Below are positions 61,701-64,000 of a DNA stretch of 64,000 nucleotides, one piece after another (position 1 is the first letter of the stretch; every line of letters begins with the position of its first letter). The position numbers and the translations under genes are program-made. A model generated the notes under the pieces. The model had not been told where the DNA came from. It did not search any database and was given only the letters and a program-made list of their open reading frames with translations. This DNA is from Paragordius varius (lineage: Eukaryota; Animalia; Nematomorpha): assembly GCA_964247055.1 (NCBI GenBank), contig OZ176054.1, forward strand, positions 6,572,001-6,636,000, given 5' to 3'.

Positions 61701-62131
61701 AAAATTCGAATACCCCTACTTGCCACTACCAATCAACCGAAGATAACTTATATAATCGTAAGCAAAAGAATGACTCAAATCAACTGCATTCTTTTTGCTG
61801 TTGCAATAAATTTTACCCGCAATCTAAAAAAAATAATCAAAATTATCAAGAAAATGAGTCCCCTGACATGAACACAAAGGATTCAATTAATACTAAAATG
61901 TTTACTGTACTGAATAAATTGGAGGAAGTGTTGGATAACCATCAATGTCGTATGCAAACTCAAGATGAAAAAGATCGGTTTAAAGATGAATGGATGCAAG
62001 TGGCATTAGTAATGGACCGATTGTTGCTTTGGATTTTTGTTACTCTCTCCATCTTAGTCTCATTTTTCATCATATATTCGTCGCCATATTCCAAGTATGG
62101 ATCTGCAATCAAACAGTTTCTTTTGTCATAA
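52062..62131 (+). CDS. Nicotinic acetylcholine receptor alpha subunit (Cys-loop, cation-selective type, alpha7/alpha9-like features), ~752 aa
   Basis: Model join(52062..52134, 57760..57905, 58283..58327, 58714..58823, 59343..59607, 59728..60001, 60144..60355, 60572..61261, 61688..62131) = 2259 nt. Cys loop [15 protein letters not shown], loop B SWTYDG, loop [12 protein letters not shown] (vicinal Cys = alpha), M2 preceded by GEK, M4 MDRLLLWIF. The 45- and 110-nt exons match the alpha7-family gene layout. Exon 1 ([24 protein letters not shown], phase-1 donor) was chosen by inspection and is less certain. Confidence 0.93.
52175..53732. mobile_element. Non-autonomous hAT element (1558 bp) with a nested MITE family A copy (~52295..53020)
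   Basis: Perfect 15-bp TIRs TAATGTGACCAGATA (52175..52189 / 53718..53732) and a perfect 8-bp TSD GTATAGGA (52167..52174 / 53733..53740). Confidence 0.9.
54740..55050 (-). mobile_element. 5'-truncated copy of the same Helitron family in nAChR intron 1
   Basis: Reverse complement of the two 3' hairpins and CTAG at 54740..54810; continues into sequence matching 36420..36600. Confidence 0.75.
56095..56405. mobile_element. MITE family D, copy 3
   Basis: CCATATACAGTTCAAATTCACCCT ... AGGGTGAATTTGAATTGTGAATGG inverted ends with extra subterminal units. Confidence 0.7.
57419..57460. repeat. (TA)n microsatellite
   Basis: About 21 uninterrupted TA units in nAChR intron 1. Confidence 0.95.
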
Positions 62132-62949
62132 GTTGCACAATTTCAAATTAACCATAATAATTTTAATAAAATAGGTATTACTTTTATTTAATTTTAACCA
62201 GATAATATCGCTTGATAAAAAATAATTAAGCTGTGTGCTAAAAATCTCCCGTAGATAGTTATTTCAACCGATCCTATTATGCTTCATAAAATAAACTATA
62301 AGATTTTTAATTTCTTTTATTATAATTTATTATTTAGAATTCGAATGTATTTGGATTCAAAACTATGGAGGAAACACATCTAAAGCGTCTAAAAAGAGTA
62401 TTAAACCATATTTATTATTATAAAAGAAACAAATAATGCTTTTAAAATAGTTATTTTAACCTTTGTGCCATTAAGTCAAATAAATGTGATATTTTTTATC
62501 TTTGTGATCTACTTATATAAATAGTAATAATTTGGCCAAAATCTTTCATTGAGTGTTATAATAAGATTTCTAATCAAGATTCATCTTATTCAAACTTCAC
62601 ATAATTTTTAACCTTCAACAATGCAGTATGGAACTTTTAATTTTTATTATTATATAAAAGATAATCCACGGTTAAAAAGATCAGATAAAAAAAACTTTTA
62701 ATCTTCTATTCTTGTTGAAACGCTTTGCACATTTAGGAGCGAGATTCTTAAAAAAAGGAAAGTTACAATAAACAATATAAAGGTATAATGCAATGGAATA
62801 GATTATCATGCTATTTATTTTAAATATTGTTGGAGATTATTTGTTAACAAACTTTAGTGATATAAGTTGCTAATGACTCGTGTAAAATAAATGAATTTAT
62901 TAAAATAATAAAATATTTCGGATCTTACTGATCCTTTATCAATTTGAAT

Positions 62950-63960
62950 GTATAAAAATAAAACAAAATAAAAAAAAATTTTATAAAATAAAAGCGGTTT
63001 TTGTGTTTTTTAATCCGTATTTGCAGCTGTAGATTATTTACATTATACCAGTGTTGTATATTGGTCCTTTTAAGGAAATTTTTAAGATGGGATTGAAATG
63101 CGGTAATTTCTCTCTTTTGTTGAGGAGGTTTTCTGCGTTGTTTGAATGGATGTACAGCGCATCTTCTATGGATCTTAAGTAAAAAATAATTTTTTGTCTG
63201 GCGAGTACTTTGTGGGAGCCCATTGTGTGTTGTGTCTGTTATATATCTGGTATACTGCTCAGTTTTTGCCTAGTGAAAAGAAAAAACAAATAAAACAAAC
63301 ATCGTTTATAGTAAGACGTTTATTAGAGCAAGGTTATTTGCAGATCAGATCAGTTTATAACCGATATCATTAATAAAATCTTATTTTCAAAAACGAAAAA
63401 CGAACACACTAACAAAAAATATGTCTACCATACAATAAAACGTCACATGAAATCAAAAAACAGTTGACAAGTAAAGACGTATTAGTAACGTACAAATCAT
63501 GCACCAATCAATTAAGACTCTAATCCAAAGTCATATATAAAATCCCGTGCAATAGATGCAACAAGATGAATATATATTTATAGTTTAAACACAAAGGCCA
63601 ATACAAATACGAGTACACGCGCATCTTAACCATAAAAACTTAACCGTATACCAGCATATACAACACACAATACGCTCCTACAAAGTACTCACCAAGCAAA
63701 ATTTTTTTTTATTAAGATCCATAGAAGATGAGCTGTACATCCATTCACACAACACGGAAAACCTCCTCAACAAAAGAGAGAAATTACCGAATATCGATCC
63801 CATCACCAAAAATTTTCTTAAAAGGAAATTAATATACAACACTGGTATAATTTATGCAATCAACAGCAGCAAATACGGAAAAAAATACGACAAACCGCTT
63901 TTATTTTTTAAAATTTATTATTGTTTATTTTGTTTTATTTTTAATATATTCATATAACAC
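62950..63960 (+). mobile_element. Penelope-like retroelement relic (RT thumb/linker + GIY-YIG end) with an inverted duplicate of its 3' end
   Basis: Plus-strand remnants ICLPYNKTSHEIKKQL, VIYKIPCNRCNK (GIY-YIG-like) and RSIEDELYIHSHNTENLLNKRE. 62950..63270 is an imperfect reverse complement of ~63640..63955, which explains ORF 63038..63223. Confidence 0.75.
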
Positions 63961-64000
63961 TGTGCAACAAAATATGGGGTCAATTTTCTGGACTCAATTT

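Overview
AT-rich genomic DNA from an intron-containing animal (an unidentified invertebrate; introns range from 25 nt to about 5.6 kb). By hand-splicing the ORF fragments at GT..AG sites with consistent phases I rebuilt five multi-exon genes. (1) A SoxE (Sox8/9/10-type) HMG transcription factor on the minus strand, 8303..685. (2) An ADAMTS-like zinc metalloprotease on the plus strand, 9990..17606, which unusually ends in a transmembrane helix and a Tyr/Gln-rich cytoplasmic tail. (3,4) A tail-to-tail pair of trefoil-GH31 alpha-glucosidase paralogs, plus 18364..29401 and minus 40142..~29758; the plus copy is intact over 15 exons except for one TAG at the invariant trefoil Trp. (5) A cation-type nicotinic acetylcholine receptor alpha subunit on the plus strand, 52062..62131. 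There is also an 88-aa charged orphan ORF. Introns and intergenic DNA hold many mobile elements: three decayed mariners, hAT and Tc1/mariner MITEs with target-site duplications, a non-autonomous Helitron family, a tRNA-like SINE family and a Penelope-like relic with an inverted end. The most notable non-coding signal is a minimal type I hammerhead ribozyme inside a perfect 92-bp inverted-repeat element, on the sense strand of an intron of the protease gene. All gene models are manual predictions; no database searches were run.
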